Origin: a virus
Lineage: Duplodnaviria; Caudoviricetes
Virus record (IMG/VR): IMGVR_UViG_3300021124_000003
Span: 1 to 64,000 of that record
DNA: 64,000 nucleotides
Reading direction: 5' to 3' (one strand)
The notes under the pieces are model-generated. The model searched no databases and had not been told where the DNA came from. It saw only the letters and a program-made list of their open reading frames with translations. The position numbers and the translations under genes were made by a program. Within the stretch, counting starts at the first letter, position 1, and the number at the start of each line of letters is the position of its first letter. Below are positions 28,258-36,988 of this stretch, piece by piece.

Positions 28258-28769
28258 TCGAGTTGATCCTCCTGCGTGAGCGAGTGCGTCTTCATGTAGT
28301 AGTTCTGGAGCATCATTCGACCCTTGGGTCCGATCTCGTCCCAGAAGCGCTCAGGAGACGCTGACGGGTCACGTTGGGACCAGTCGGTGCGCTTGCCGTC
28401 GATACCACGAACTGTCTGCTTCGTCAGCTCCGCGATGGAGCGCGCAGACTCACCGCGGGCACGCTGAATAGCCAGCTTCTCGTCCGCGTCGGAGAGAGCC
28501 CACACGATGCACTGACGATCTTGTCCCTTGGGCTTAGCCGTCCAACGGGCACGGAAACGCAGGAACGTAACCTCCCTGCCGGGGGGGATCTTCAGGTCTG
28601 CCGGCCACACCGCCCACTCGGGGAGGGACTCGGTGTCCTTCGGTTCCTCCCTCGTAGCGGCAGGGGGCGGGGAGTTCTTCTCCGCCACCTCGTACGAGGT
28701 GGCCTCCATTGCGGCGGCCTCCTCGGGGGTCATGGAATGCGTTTTGAGCAAATCGTGGATCATTGTCAT
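28209..28769 (-). CDS. Tail assembly chaperone (gpG-like)
   Basis: Downstream of the tube gene; GAGG ribosome-binding site before ATG 28769; slippery site near its 3' end. Confidence 0.75.
   Translation of the reverse strand: MTMIHDLLKTHSMTPEEAAAMEATSYEVAEKNSPPPAATREEPKDTESLPEWAVWPADLKIPPGREVTFLRFRARWTAKPKGQDRQCIVWALSDADEKLAIQRARGESARSIAELTKQTVRGIDGKRTDWSQRDPSASPERFWDEIGPKGRMMLQNYYMKTHSLTQEDQLDFFENCIAVTTAEVIS
28251..28257 (-). promoter_or_regulatory. -1 programmed ribosomal frameshift heptamer T TTT TTC
   Basis: X XXY YYZ motif in frame (GAT TTT TTC); the -1 frame joins the two chaperone ORFs. Confidence 0.75.
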
Positions 28770-28892
28770 GTGCGCCTCGGAGTAGGTGGGGCGCCTCGAC
28801 TTCGGATCTCTTGGTGCTACGCTAGCATCAAAAGTGGGCTCGCGATGTTTTCGGCATCCGAGCCCCGGCCACACTCGGGAGGCGCTCCTCGC

Positions 28893-29375
28893 ATGACACC
28901 AGAGAGTCTAGCAAGATTTCTAGCCAAAGTAGGTAAGCCTACAACAGGATGCACCGAATGGTTGGGACAACGGCGTGACGACGGATTCGGTACGAAGCTA
29001 GGGTACGGAAGAGTCCGTATTGACCGAGTAGAGTATCTTACGCACCGTGTGGCATGGGCAATAGCGAACCCGGGTAAGCCACTTCCACCTGTCGTGCGGC
29101 ACACATGCGACAATCCGATCTGTGTCGCACCAAACCATTTAGTTGGCGGGACACAAGCGGATAACGTTCAAGATACGCACGCCCGAGGCAGGGCTAGAAA
29201 ACGCGGAGTTAGGGGCGAACAGCGGACTACGACAGGGCTGACAGACACGATTGTTTTGGATATACGATCGCGTGTAGCAAGCGGGCAAAAGCCCGTACAA
29301 GTGGGGCGGTTATACGGGCAGTCGTCCAAGAACGTGTGGGTGATCATCCACAGGCGGACGTGGACGCACATCTAA
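28893..29375 (+). CDS. Free-standing HNH homing endonuclease with C-terminal HTH
   Basis: CTEWLG...GYG...HRVAW...VVRHTCDNPICVAPNHL...N; start placed at ATG 28893. Confidence 0.9.
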   Translation: MTPESLARFLAKVGKPTTGCTEWLGQRRDDGFGTKLGYGRVRIDRVEYLTHRVAWAIANPGKPLPPVVRHTCDNPICVAPNHLVGGTQADNVQDTHARGRARKRGVRGEQRTTTGLTDTIVLDIRSRVASGQKPVQVGRLYGQSSKNVWVIIHRRTWTHI

Positions 29376-29390
29376 AAGCGCGTAGGCAGC

Positions 29391-29843
29391 CTAGACACCA
29401 TCAAGAACTATGTCTTCCGCCTCACCCGACAGCTTCACCGACACGTAGTCGTCTCGGCTCGGGATGTTGAGCGGGATAGGGCCGAAGTGGGCGTCAGGGA
29501 TGATGAAGTTAACGGTGTCCCCGTTGGGGAAGACGAACGAACCCGTGATCGTAATCACTGTATCCGGTGTGAACCGCTGCGAACGGGTCTTCACAGCGTT
29601 GGCAAATATGAACCACTGATTCGAGTGGATGTGCAAGCTCATGTCGAACTTGACCCCGTTGAAGACGTCATCCTTGAGATCCGTCTTCATCCCGAGGTAT
29701 CCGACGCTTTTCGTCTGGAGCATCAACTCCGCGTCGAAGCTTTGGATGTCAGTGAGCGTAGCCTGAAGTGCGTTATCGACTGTGATCGTAACGGCCACTT
29801 CCTGGCCCTTGATCCTCTGCCCCTCGGTTCGCGTGATAGTCAT
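29391..29843 (-). CDS. Tail tube protein
   Basis: 150 aa, beta-rich, immediately after the sheath gene. Confidence 0.8.
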   Translation of the reverse strand: MTITRTEGQRIKGQEVAVTITVDNALQATLTDIQSFDAELMLQTKSVGYLGMKTDLKDDVFNGVKFDMSLHIHSNQWFIFANAVKTRSQRFTPDTVITITGSFVFPNGDTVNFIIPDAHFGPIPLNIPSRDDYVSVKLSGEAEDIVLDGV

Positions 29844-29871
29844 TGACTTTTACCTTATCTGTGTGGACGTA

Positions 29872-32778
29872 TCAGCTAGCGACCGTGGCAGCAACCTCGG
29901 TGACTGTGACCTGATCACCAACCGTTGACTCCAGAACGATGCTATCGAACGAGGAGAGCGTTTGAACCTTGACGGTGAGCCGGAACAACCCCTGCGAGGC
30001 GAGGGCCGTAGCGTTTGCGGGAGCAGACAGTGTATAGCCAGCGATGCGCTGACTGGAAGGGTTGCCTCGCGAGAGCAGCCCATCGAGAAAGCTCACAAGA
30101 GAGACACGAACGGCCGTCTGCCGCTGTGCTGTCTGGAGCTTCTTGCCGTACTGCTTACAGATGATCGACATCGTGTCTTCGATGTAGTCAGCCATTCGGC
30201 GGCGGCTGATTCGCACCAGGCTCGGGTAGAGGCTGGGGTTAACCGAGGTCACACCAGACTGGAAGATCGCAACACCGCCATCCATCCGAAGACCAACGAT
30301 ACCGTTGGTCTTAAGGTTGATGTAGTCTTGGATAACAAGACCCTGTGCATTCGAGCTGGACTCCAGGCCGAGCGTGTAGGTCGTGAACGACGTCTCCTGC
30401 CCGGGGTTTTCCTCGGGCGGGAGCTGTGAACAGACCGAAGCGAGCAGGAAGTCCGCCCCGGTATCGACAACACCAGTAGCCGTGAACGGCGTGGGAGGCA
30501 CGCCCTGGGTAGAGGCTAGGAACTGCGTATTACCGGCGAGGCCAACCGCTTGGATCGCAGGGACCTGCGTGCGTTGCTGCGGCCAGCAGTAGAAGACTCG
30601 CTGCGAGGAGTACGCCCCAACACCCGGTTCGGCGCTAGGGCTTGTGGCGACGAGTTCAGTCGTGCCGAGCGGGGGCCGGATACAAGCGACCCGGCCGAGC
30701 ATTCCGTTGGCGGACGCGAATAGAACGTTGGCAAGAAGTGCTCGGCGAATCGCGTTGGACTGGCGGGCACTAACGATTACATTGGTTTGCGACGCGACAC
30801 TCGACAGATCGAGCGTGCTGGTGAGCGCGTTCTCGTACGCGACGTCGATCTGGTTCTCTGTAGGAGCAGCCGAGATCGCTTGCGTGTTCTGCACCTGGAA
30901 CGAGAACACCGTCGGTGGGAGGAGGATCGTATCGACGGCCCCCGCGTTGATCCCAATACCAGACCCGTCGTCGAGTGCGTGTCGCACCGGAACCGTGTAC
31001 GGACCGGTTGCCGGTTGTGTTACGTTCGTTCCGTACGGATCAACGATGACGCCTGTGGACGTGAAGTTGATGTCCTGGGCTGTGACCACGTACTGGAGGG
31101 TGCTACCGCCTGACGGGTGTACGAGCGTACCTGCCGGGATCTTACCCTGGGTGGGTAGCGTGCCGGGTGTGGTCAAGTTCGTGAGGGCGTACGGGCTCGC
31201 GGTGGTTCCAGCCCCAAACCCAAGAATAGGGCAAAGGTCCTGGCCGCCGACCGGAGCAACAGCCTGGATCAGCCCCGTGCTAGGGGTTGCTGTGTTCGAG
31301 ATGCGGAGAGCGTTGTTCTGGTCAAGCACCAGCTTGAACCCAGGCTCAGCGTTGACGACCGCAGCAAGCTCGCTGAATTGCGCGTTACGCCACGTTGCGA
31401 CGCTGTTACCAGGGCTACCAACCGAGGAGTTAACGAGTGAGGCGCTAGCCGTATTGACCAGGCTCGAAAGGACTGTGCCTTGCGGCAGGATCCCAAGAAG
31501 GAAGAGCGCGCCACCAGCCACAACCGTTTGTGCCGCAACTGCGACCACAACGCTTGTCGTGAGCGTTACAGCAGTACCGGAGATCGTCCACGGTCCGAGA
31601 TCGACACCGTTGACGACCATGTGCGCTCCACCGGCCGGGTTAAGCCCGGTCGCGGACGTGACAGAGAACGTGCCGGCGGCAGGGGCAGGCGACGCAGCGA
31701 CGGTGGTAGACCCACCGTAAATCGTAGCCGTCTGTGTGGCGGTCGGGTTCGCCGTGCTGACGTCATCCGCCAGAAACGTGATCGTCGAGTTGTTTCCGAG
31801 GGTATACGCGGTCCACACCAGTTTGGTGCCGGCGTAGTTGACCGCAGTGATCGGGAACCCAGCGGCGGAGTTGATCACGTTTGATGCAGAGAGCAGCGCT
31901 TGTGCCAGCGTGCCGGTGAGCCCAGCCTGAAAGTACGCCGTGGCCGGCGTCGTCATGTTGTCCGTCTGGAAGGTGAGGAACTGACCACGCTGCACAGCAT
32001 CCGCTTCAGCAACCGTATCCACAGCGGATGGCGTGTACGTGGCGGGGATTGCCGTGAAGGAGGCGTACGCCGGGGAAGAGGCGTCATTCTTGAGACCAAG
32101 AATCCATGGGCCTCCTGCGTAGGAGATCGTCTGCCCAGCTACTAGTGTCTGTGCCGCCCCGTAAGAGCCGACTGCGAACGTGAACACGTTCGCAGATCGG
32201 GTCCAGGTCCCGCTAGCTTGGGTGAACCCTGTGACAGACAGCGACGACCCAGAAAGCGGGAAGGTCGCACCGTTAGCCACAGTGAACGTTCCGGTTCCAC
32301 CAGCAGTGATCGTGGCCACGATAGGCGCCGCAGCCGAGAAGTTGTAGGAGAACTGCGAGTACCCGGTAAGGTACGCGAGCGGGTAGAACTGCACGCTCCC
32401 AGGAGATGTGTTGACTCGTGTGATGAACAGCCGGGCAAACTGAAGCCCATTGAGCTGCACAGCGCCATTCCCGTTCCAAGGCTCACCCTTGCCGAGCAGG
32501 CCGTCTGCCTTGCGCGCGGGGGAACAAGGCCAGTTGGCGGTCGTCTGACCATAGGTGAAACCGACACCGCCGAACGTTGTGAAGAAGTCGCTTGACCCGA
32601 TCACTTCTGTTGGTGTGTTGTAAGGGCCGTTCTCGAACTCACCGACGACGAGCACTGCACCAGAGCCAACCCCAACGGTTTCCGCAGGAGGGGTTAGATC
32701 GAGGATGTTCACGCTCTCGATGTTGAGAAGCACATCGACGCCGGGATCGTATGTGAAGCGTCGCGCAAAGACAGACAT
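29872..32778 (-). CDS. Tail sheath protein (large, 968 aa)
   Basis: N-terminal VLVVGEFENGPYNTPTEV and C-terminal RISRRRMADYI...IVLESTVG sheath motifs. Confidence 0.88.
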   Translation of the reverse strand: MSVFARRFTYDPGVDVLLNIESVNILDLTPPAETVGVGSGAVLVVGEFENGPYNTPTEVIGSSDFFTTFGGVGFTYGQTTANWPCSPARKADGLLGKGEPWNGNGAVQLNGLQFARLFITRVNTSPGSVQFYPLAYLTGYSQFSYNFSAAAPIVATITAGGTGTFTVANGATFPLSGSSLSVTGFTQASGTWTRSANVFTFAVGSYGAAQTLVAGQTISYAGGPWILGLKNDASSPAYASFTAIPATYTPSAVDTVAEADAVQRGQFLTFQTDNMTTPATAYFQAGLTGTLAQALLSASNVINSAAGFPITAVNYAGTKLVWTAYTLGNNSTITFLADDVSTANPTATQTATIYGGSTTVAASPAPAAGTFSVTSATGLNPAGGAHMVVNGVDLGPWTISGTAVTLTTSVVVAVAAQTVVAGGALFLLGILPQGTVLSSLVNTASASLVNSSVGSPGNSVATWRNAQFSELAAVVNAEPGFKLVLDQNNALRISNTATPSTGLIQAVAPVGGQDLCPILGFGAGTTASPYALTNLTTPGTLPTQGKIPAGTLVHPSGGSTLQYVVTAQDINFTSTGVIVDPYGTNVTQPATGPYTVPVRHALDDGSGIGINAGAVDTILLPPTVFSFQVQNTQAISAAPTENQIDVAYENALTSTLDLSSVASQTNVIVSARQSNAIRRALLANVLFASANGMLGRVACIRPPLGTTELVATSPSAEPGVGAYSSQRVFYCWPQQRTQVPAIQAVGLAGNTQFLASTQGVPPTPFTATGVVDTGADFLLASVCSQLPPEENPGQETSFTTYTLGLESSSNAQGLVIQDYINLKTNGIVGLRMDGGVAIFQSGVTSVNPSLYPSLVRISRRRMADYIEDTMSIICKQYGKKLQTAQRQTAVRVSLVSFLDGLLSRGNPSSQRIAGYTLSAPANATALASQGLFRLTVKVQTLSSFDSIVLESTVGDQVTVTEVAATVAS

Positions 32779-32844
32779 CGGGTTTAACCTCTCTCGAAAC
32801 AGTCCTGGGATGAGGGTAGCACAGAGCTACTTGCTCTTGCTGAA

Positions 32845-33618
32845 TCAGGCTTTTGTTGCTGGGTCTGGATAGTCGTACGGAGGAGGCCACAGGCCAGTGT
32901 TGGTGAGGGAACCGTCAGGGTCCTGCACATCGTAAAGGTTTGAGTGGTCCATCTGAACGATAGCTTGGGGCTTCATCGTAACCGTGTTTATCAAGGCAAC
33001 GACGTTGAACTCCATTCTGATCTCGATACTGGCTCGGCGACGATTCTGCCCAGATCCAGTTTCTACGATGGTTCTACCCAGCATGGTAAACCTAACAGTC
33101 TGATCGTAGAAATCACGCATGACAAGGCGAACGCCTGACATCTGCTCTGTCGGGTTGAACGCAACGTCAAAGGTGGAAAGGATGCCGCGAAGCTCTGGCA
33201 GTTTGGAGCACCAGAGGTCTAGCTGGAACACCTCAACGTACTCTTCCATCCGCATGAGGACGGTGTTCTTCCCACGGATTCCGGCTGTCTCCTCGATGAT
33301 TGCTGGTACGAATGAGCACGCTTTGGTTGTCCCAGCCCCGGGAAGCACCGCGATAGCGGGGAACTCTACGTCCTGCTCGTAGTCCGGCCAGTTAACGTAG
33401 AAGTTACCCGGCGGGATCCGAAACGGGATGCTGGGTCCGTTTGTGTCACCTGGGATCGCGTAGACAAAACTCGTCAGGTACGCCCCAAGCAGGCGCAAAG
33501 CGGACGTCCTACCGTCCACAGCAGGAACCGGAGGATTCGGTTTGGACGGGTAGACATCACCCGCGGGGCGAAGACCTGGGCCGAGAATTGCTTTGACAAG
33601 GCTGCTTAGGGTAATCAC
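32845..33618 (-). CDS. Tail terminator/neck protein
   Basis: Position just before the sheath; FPAIAVLP...FQLDLWC pattern. Confidence 0.6.
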   Translation of the reverse strand: MITLSSLVKAILGPGLRPAGDVYPSKPNPPVPAVDGRTSALRLLGAYLTSFVYAIPGDTNGPSIPFRIPPGNFYVNWPDYEQDVEFPAIAVLPGAGTTKACSFVPAIIEETAGIRGKNTVLMRMEEYVEVFQLDLWCSKLPELRGILSTFDVAFNPTEQMSGVRLVMRDFYDQTVRFTMLGRTIVETGSGQNRRRASIEIRMEFNVVALINTVTMKPQAIVQMDHSNLYDVQDPDGSLTNTGLWPPPYDYPDPATKA

Positions 33619-34145
33619 TTCCTACTCCCAAAAGCAGACGTGAGTGCGGCTGCAATCTCGTCTCTAACGATCTTATACGCACGTATCTGGGCTTGCATCT
33701 TGATTCGCATCCCAGACCCATTCCCGAACCCTGACGCGATGCCGGACTCCATGAAGATTCCGCGTTTCTGAAGACCCTTCAGAATCGCCCATGGGGAAGC
33801 TGGGATGCCTTTCTCTGCCGCCCATTCCGCGAGGGCTTCGATGATTGGCCCGCCCTTCGGAACGTTACTCCCTTGGACTCCCTTTTCGATGAAGACCGCA
33901 TGTGGGACCGTATTGACGACCCACACAGAATCCTTGTTGTCGACAATACGCCAACCGTCGATGTAGTCGCGCCGCCAGATGGGTGCTCTAGGCTGCGCAC
34001 TAGGGATCAGCTCATCTCGTACGAGCTTGATCACCCTGTCAGCAGCGCGAAGCATCCCTACCCGTGTGGCAGTATTGATCTGTCCCTGCGTGTAAGCAGA
34101 GAACTTTGCCATCGATCCTGGCGATAGAAGCTGGAAAGACGGCAT
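33615..34145 (-). CDS. Neck/tail completion protein (HK97 gp10-like)
   Basis: VVNTVPHAVFIEKG...IIEALAEWA motif. Confidence 0.65.
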   Translation of the reverse strand: MPSFQLLSPGSMAKFSAYTQGQINTATRVGMLRAADRVIKLVRDELIPSAQPRAPIWRRDYIDGWRIVDNKDSVWVVNTVPHAVFIEKGVQGSNVPKGGPIIEALAEWAAEKGIPASPWAILKGLQKRGIFMESGIASGFGNGSGMRIKMQAQIRAYKIVRDEIAAALTSAFGSRK

Positions 34146-34153
34146 GACGGGTA

Positions 34154-34453
34154 TCAGTCGAAGTGGCCGTGAAACCCGCGGGATTGCGCAGCGTTGTGAT
34201 TGATCGCGCTTACGTCATGGTCAGACGCTATCTGAAGCATGATCTTACGAGCAGCAGGGCTAGGTTCACCAGCAGACGCGGTGCGAAGTGCAGACGCCGC
34301 GTGCGTGTGTGCTGTAGCCGCTGCTGCGTGGTCAACGTCACGCTTCTTGGACATAGCATTCGCCTTCTTGCTCAGGCTCCTTGCCGTGTCAGAAGCATTA
34401 GCCCCCATGCTAGATCGGTGCTGCGCCCATGTAGTAAGACTTGAGCTTGCCAT
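34154..34453 (-). CDS. Small Ala-rich protein with N-terminal LTTWAQHRS
   Basis: ATG 34453 lies 1 nt after the upstream stop. Confidence 0.6.
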   Translation of the reverse strand: MASSSLTTWAQHRSSMGANASDTARSLSKKANAMSKKRDVDHAAAATAHTHAASALRTASAGEPSPAARKIMLQIASDHDVSAINHNAAQSRGFHGHFD

Positions 34454-34454
34454 G

Positions 34455-34706
34455 TTACTTCTTTCGACTCCTACGCTTTGTCCACGCGGCAAGACCAGCT
34501 TGCTTAGCTAGGTCAAGTCTAGCATTCACTTCCGCAAGCTTCTCTTTGGAGACACCGGCAGCGTGCTCATTCGCCTCGTGCGCGTACCCTGCCGCGTCAA
34601 CGAGCCACTTTGGATCTTCGGTTAGCCTAGCCTGCTTATACGCAGCGATGGCTCTGGCGCACCACTTGTCGGCGGCCTCTTCGTCGTACTGCCTAGGGGT
34701 CTTCAC
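34455..34706 (-). CDS. Small protein with C-terminal LAAWTKRRS
   Basis: GTG start overlapping the upstream TGA. Confidence 0.6.
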   Translation of the reverse strand: MKTPRQYDEEAADKWCARAIAAYKQARLTEDPKWLVDAAGYAHEANEHAAGVSKEKLAEVNARLDLAKQAGLAAWTKRRSRKK

Positions 34707-34879
34707 TTGGACCTCCGCTTGGCCCACGTAGATAGGCTTTTCTTCCTCGCGTCCTGTGATTTGAAGTGCTCTACGACTGCGAGTCGCTTGTGCGACTCAG
34801 CTTTCGTGAGATCCGGCGCGGACAGGTTCTTACCAGACTCGCTCACTACTTTGAAACCGCTTCCTGTCTTCTTGATCAT
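34703..34879 (-). CDS. 58-aa protein MIKKTGSGFKVVSESGKNL...LSTWAKRRSK (absent from the ORF track)
   Basis: Translated by hand; coupled to both neighbours; resembles a common small phage protein type. Confidence 0.65.
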   Translation of the reverse strand: MIKKTGSGFKVVSESGKNLSAPDLTKAESHKRLAVVEHFKSQDARKKSLSTWAKRRSK

Positions 34880-35517
34880 TACTCAGTCCCGCTTAGGTAC
34901 TTTGATTTTCCGTCGCGCCCCAAGTCCTCGGAGATTCTCTCCAAAGTGATCAGCCACTTAACACCACCAGCGTCTCGATGCGGGGTGGAGAGGAGCCGAA
35001 ACTTCTTCTGCGAGGGAAGAGGGTCTCCCCGGCCGTCCTCCACAATCAAGTAGAAGAACTCGATCTTACCGGGGATATGATTCTCGTGCTGGACAGGCTG
35101 CCACTTACCCACGAGAATATCCTCGGAGAACTGCGCAACGCTCACAAAATCCAGGCGAACGCTTCCAATCGGGATCACACCGGCAGACACAGGACTTTTA
35201 CGAACCATGTCTAGGCTTGTGACCTTCGGTGTTGGGAGCATCTCGATACGCTGTAGCTCGCGCTCGTGCCCCTCACCGCGTTCACTCCCGCCCCACTGGC
35301 TCCACACAAGAAAGACCCTATACGGACGAATCCCGAAATTGGTGGCGATCTGCCGCAGTCTATCTGCTGTAGTCGCGAACCTCTGCGCGAAAGACCCCAA
35401 CGCGCTGGAAGGCGTCAGCGGACGAGCGCTAGGTGAAGGTGTGCCGTTAGCGTTAGGACCCGGGGGTCTACACGCTTGGGGGGAGGAGCACGGAGTCTGC
35501 CCACAGGCACACGGCAT
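34879..35517 (-). CDS. Head closure/head-tail joining protein
   Basis: Neck-module position; YRVFLVWSQWGG...EMLPTPKV. Confidence 0.55.
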   Translation of the reverse strand: MPCACGQTPCSSPQACRPPGPNANGTPSPSARPLTPSSALGSFAQRFATTADRLRQIATNFGIRPYRVFLVWSQWGGSERGEGHERELQRIEMLPTPKVTSLDMVRKSPVSAGVIPIGSVRLDFVSVAQFSEDILVGKWQPVQHENHIPGKIEFFYLIVEDGRGDPLPSQKKFRLLSTPHRDAGGVKWLITLERISEDLGRDGKSKYLSGTE

Positions 35518-35541
35518 AACCCAAGGTTAGCACCTCGGAGC

Positions 35542-35823
35542 ATGGTAGACTTGTCGATGCCAACCAGCGACAGCTTCGAGATCGAGGGGCTTAACCCACA
35601 CAAGAAAGCTACTAGGGAAGAGTTCGAGAAGGCCGCCGCCGCGGGGCTGCACCTGACCCTGGAGGAGTTCAGAAAGGAAGGATGGCGTGCTTCGCCGTGC
35701 GCTACCGCGTGCGACTACGCAAGGTGCTCGGGATGGACCCTAGAGCTTGTGAGCGGGCCTATGCGGTACGCGCCAAGAGCAAATTGGGCAGCGGACGCCC
35801 CGGATCCGGCAGACCGTAAGTGA
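35542..35823 (+). CDS. Small hypothetical protein (opposite strand)
   Basis: Converges on tRNA-Thr; phage-type CATACDYARCSGW segment. Confidence 0.5.
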   Translation: MVDLSMPTSDSFEIEGLNPHKKATREEFEKAAAAGLHLTLEEFRKEGWRASPCATACDYARCSGWTLELVSGPMRYAPRANWAADAPDPADRK

Positions 35824-35825
35824 CT

Positions 35826-35901
35826 TGGAGCTGACACTGGGACTTGAACCCAGAACCTCCCGATTACAAGTCGGGTGCTCGACCAGTTGAGCTACGCCAG
35901 C
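35826..35901 (-). tRNA. trnT: tRNA-Thr(UGU) with encoded CCA
   Basis: Canonical 76-nt cloverleaf: GCTGGCG/TGTCAGC acceptor, CCCGA-CT-TGT-AA-TCGGG anticodon arm, TTCAAGT T loop. Confidence 0.96.
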
Positions 35902-35941
35902 GTTACTCTGAGAGGGTGCGCCAAAGCGTGTAAGCGGCGGA

Positions 35942-36079
35942 CTACCGGGCTTGCTTCTCCTTGAGAGGGAGCGCGTCCCAGCCGGACGAAGCGTGTGGTC
36001 TACCGAGGGCTCGCATGAACTCTTTGAAGTTCAGCTCACCGGCAGTTCGGTCATCCCGTACAAACCAAAACTCTGTCAT
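35942..36079 (-). CDS. 45-aa hypothetical protein
   Basis: Translated by hand (MTEFWFVRDD...); ATGA overlap. Confidence 0.45.
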   Translation of the reverse strand: MTEFWFVRDDRTAGELNFKEFMRALGRPHASSGWDALPLKEKQAR

Positions 36080-36252
36080 TTGCGAAGTTTACGGAGATTC
36101 GTCTTGTGCGACTCAACGCGCAGCATGACGATCAAGAACAAGAGGCACGCAATGACGACTTTCCCATCCGCGACAGACAAGCAGTGCGACCCACCGAAAA
36201 CGTAGTCTGACTCTGCTGCCAGGTCGCGGACGGGAACGACGTCTATAATCAC
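36076..36252 (-). CDS. 58-aa single-TM protein
   Basis: Translated by hand; VVIACLLFLIVML followed by a basic tail; GTGA overlap. Confidence 0.45.
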   Translation of the reverse strand: MIIDVVPVRDLAAESDYVFGGSHCLSVADGKVVIACLLFLIVMLRVESHKTNLRKLRK

Positions 36253-36455
36253 TGCGCTGCGCGCTTTTTTGCAGCTTCGACGTGGATGATCTTCCCGGCA
36301 GCCGCACGGCGTTGCTTCTCTGCGAGCACCTCCACTGGGATACGCTCCCCAGCTCGGGCGGCGAGGCGGGAAAGAGCGCGCATCGCGTGCCTGTTCCAGT
36401 GCCGATTGAGCTGGGCGAGTGCAGAGAGTGCCTTGTCTTGTGCCTTAGTGGTCAT
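36249..36455 (-). CDS. Small hypothetical protein
   Basis: AGGAGG ribosome-binding site before the ATG. Confidence 0.6.
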   Translation of the reverse strand: MTTKAQDKALSALAQLNRHWNRHAMRALSRLAARAGERIPVEVLAEKQRRAAAGKIIHVEAAKKRAAQ

Positions 36456-36464
36456 GGGTGCCTC

Positions 36465-36845
36465 CTACGGTGTTGGCGCCGTAGCGCAGTGATGATTTTG
36501 GAAAGCTTGCGTCAGTACCGCGCCTAGAACAGCGAGGGCTCCGCCCAACCCCGCCAAGGCTCCTGTGGAAATACCAAGAGCTTCTTCAGCAGGAGCATTG
36601 TTCCTGGTGGACGCAACGATTGTACCCATAGCAACGGCTCCGCTACCTAGGGTCAAACCGCCGCCTACAAACGTGAGCACGTTCTTGTACGTGTTGAACT
36701 TGGTACACGTCACGTTTTGCTCCAGGGTACGATCTGGGTCAAACGAGACGCTTGTTTTCGCAGAATTGATCGCTTGTTGGTTGGGTCCAATTGCGGACCC
36801 GCAACCAACAAGCGATAGGCACAAAGCTAGCTTGATCGGACTCAT
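36465..36845 (-). CDS. Putative lipoprotein with C-terminal hydrophobic hairpin
   Basis: MSPIKLALCLSLVG-C lipobox; TAATG coupling. Confidence 0.65.
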   Translation of the reverse strand: MSPIKLALCLSLVGCGSAIGPNQQAINSAKTSVSFDPDRTLEQNVTCTKFNTYKNVLTFVGGGLTLGSGAVAMGTIVASTRNNAPAEEALGISTGALAGLGGALAVLGAVLTQAFQNHHCATAPTP

Positions 36846-36988
36846 TAAATCCGATCCAAGACCCGCATGCACTGCTGCCGAAGCCGCCTACCACCTTCCT
36901 CAGCGCAGCAGCCAAGGATAAAGGCGAGTAGGAAGGGCGCGGCTAGCGCGACCTTCCCAACCCGACCAAGGAAGCGCAGCGCTTTCAC
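36845..36988 (-). CDS. 47-aa putative lipoprotein (absent from the ORF track)
   Basis: MKALRFLGRVGKVALAAPFLLAFILG-CC; coupled at both ends. Confidence 0.5.
   Translation of the reverse strand: MKALRFLGRVGKVALAAPFLLAFILGCCAEEGGRRLRQQCMRVLDRI

Noticed and set aside
28374-28892. N-terminal 173-aa extension of the HNH ORF
   Set aside because: It overlaps the tail chaperone gene antisense; the HNH domain begins at ATG 28893.
35826-35901. Prophage attachment site at tRNA-Thr
   Set aside because: No duplicated 3' tRNA fragment and no tyrosine or serine integrase were found in the window.
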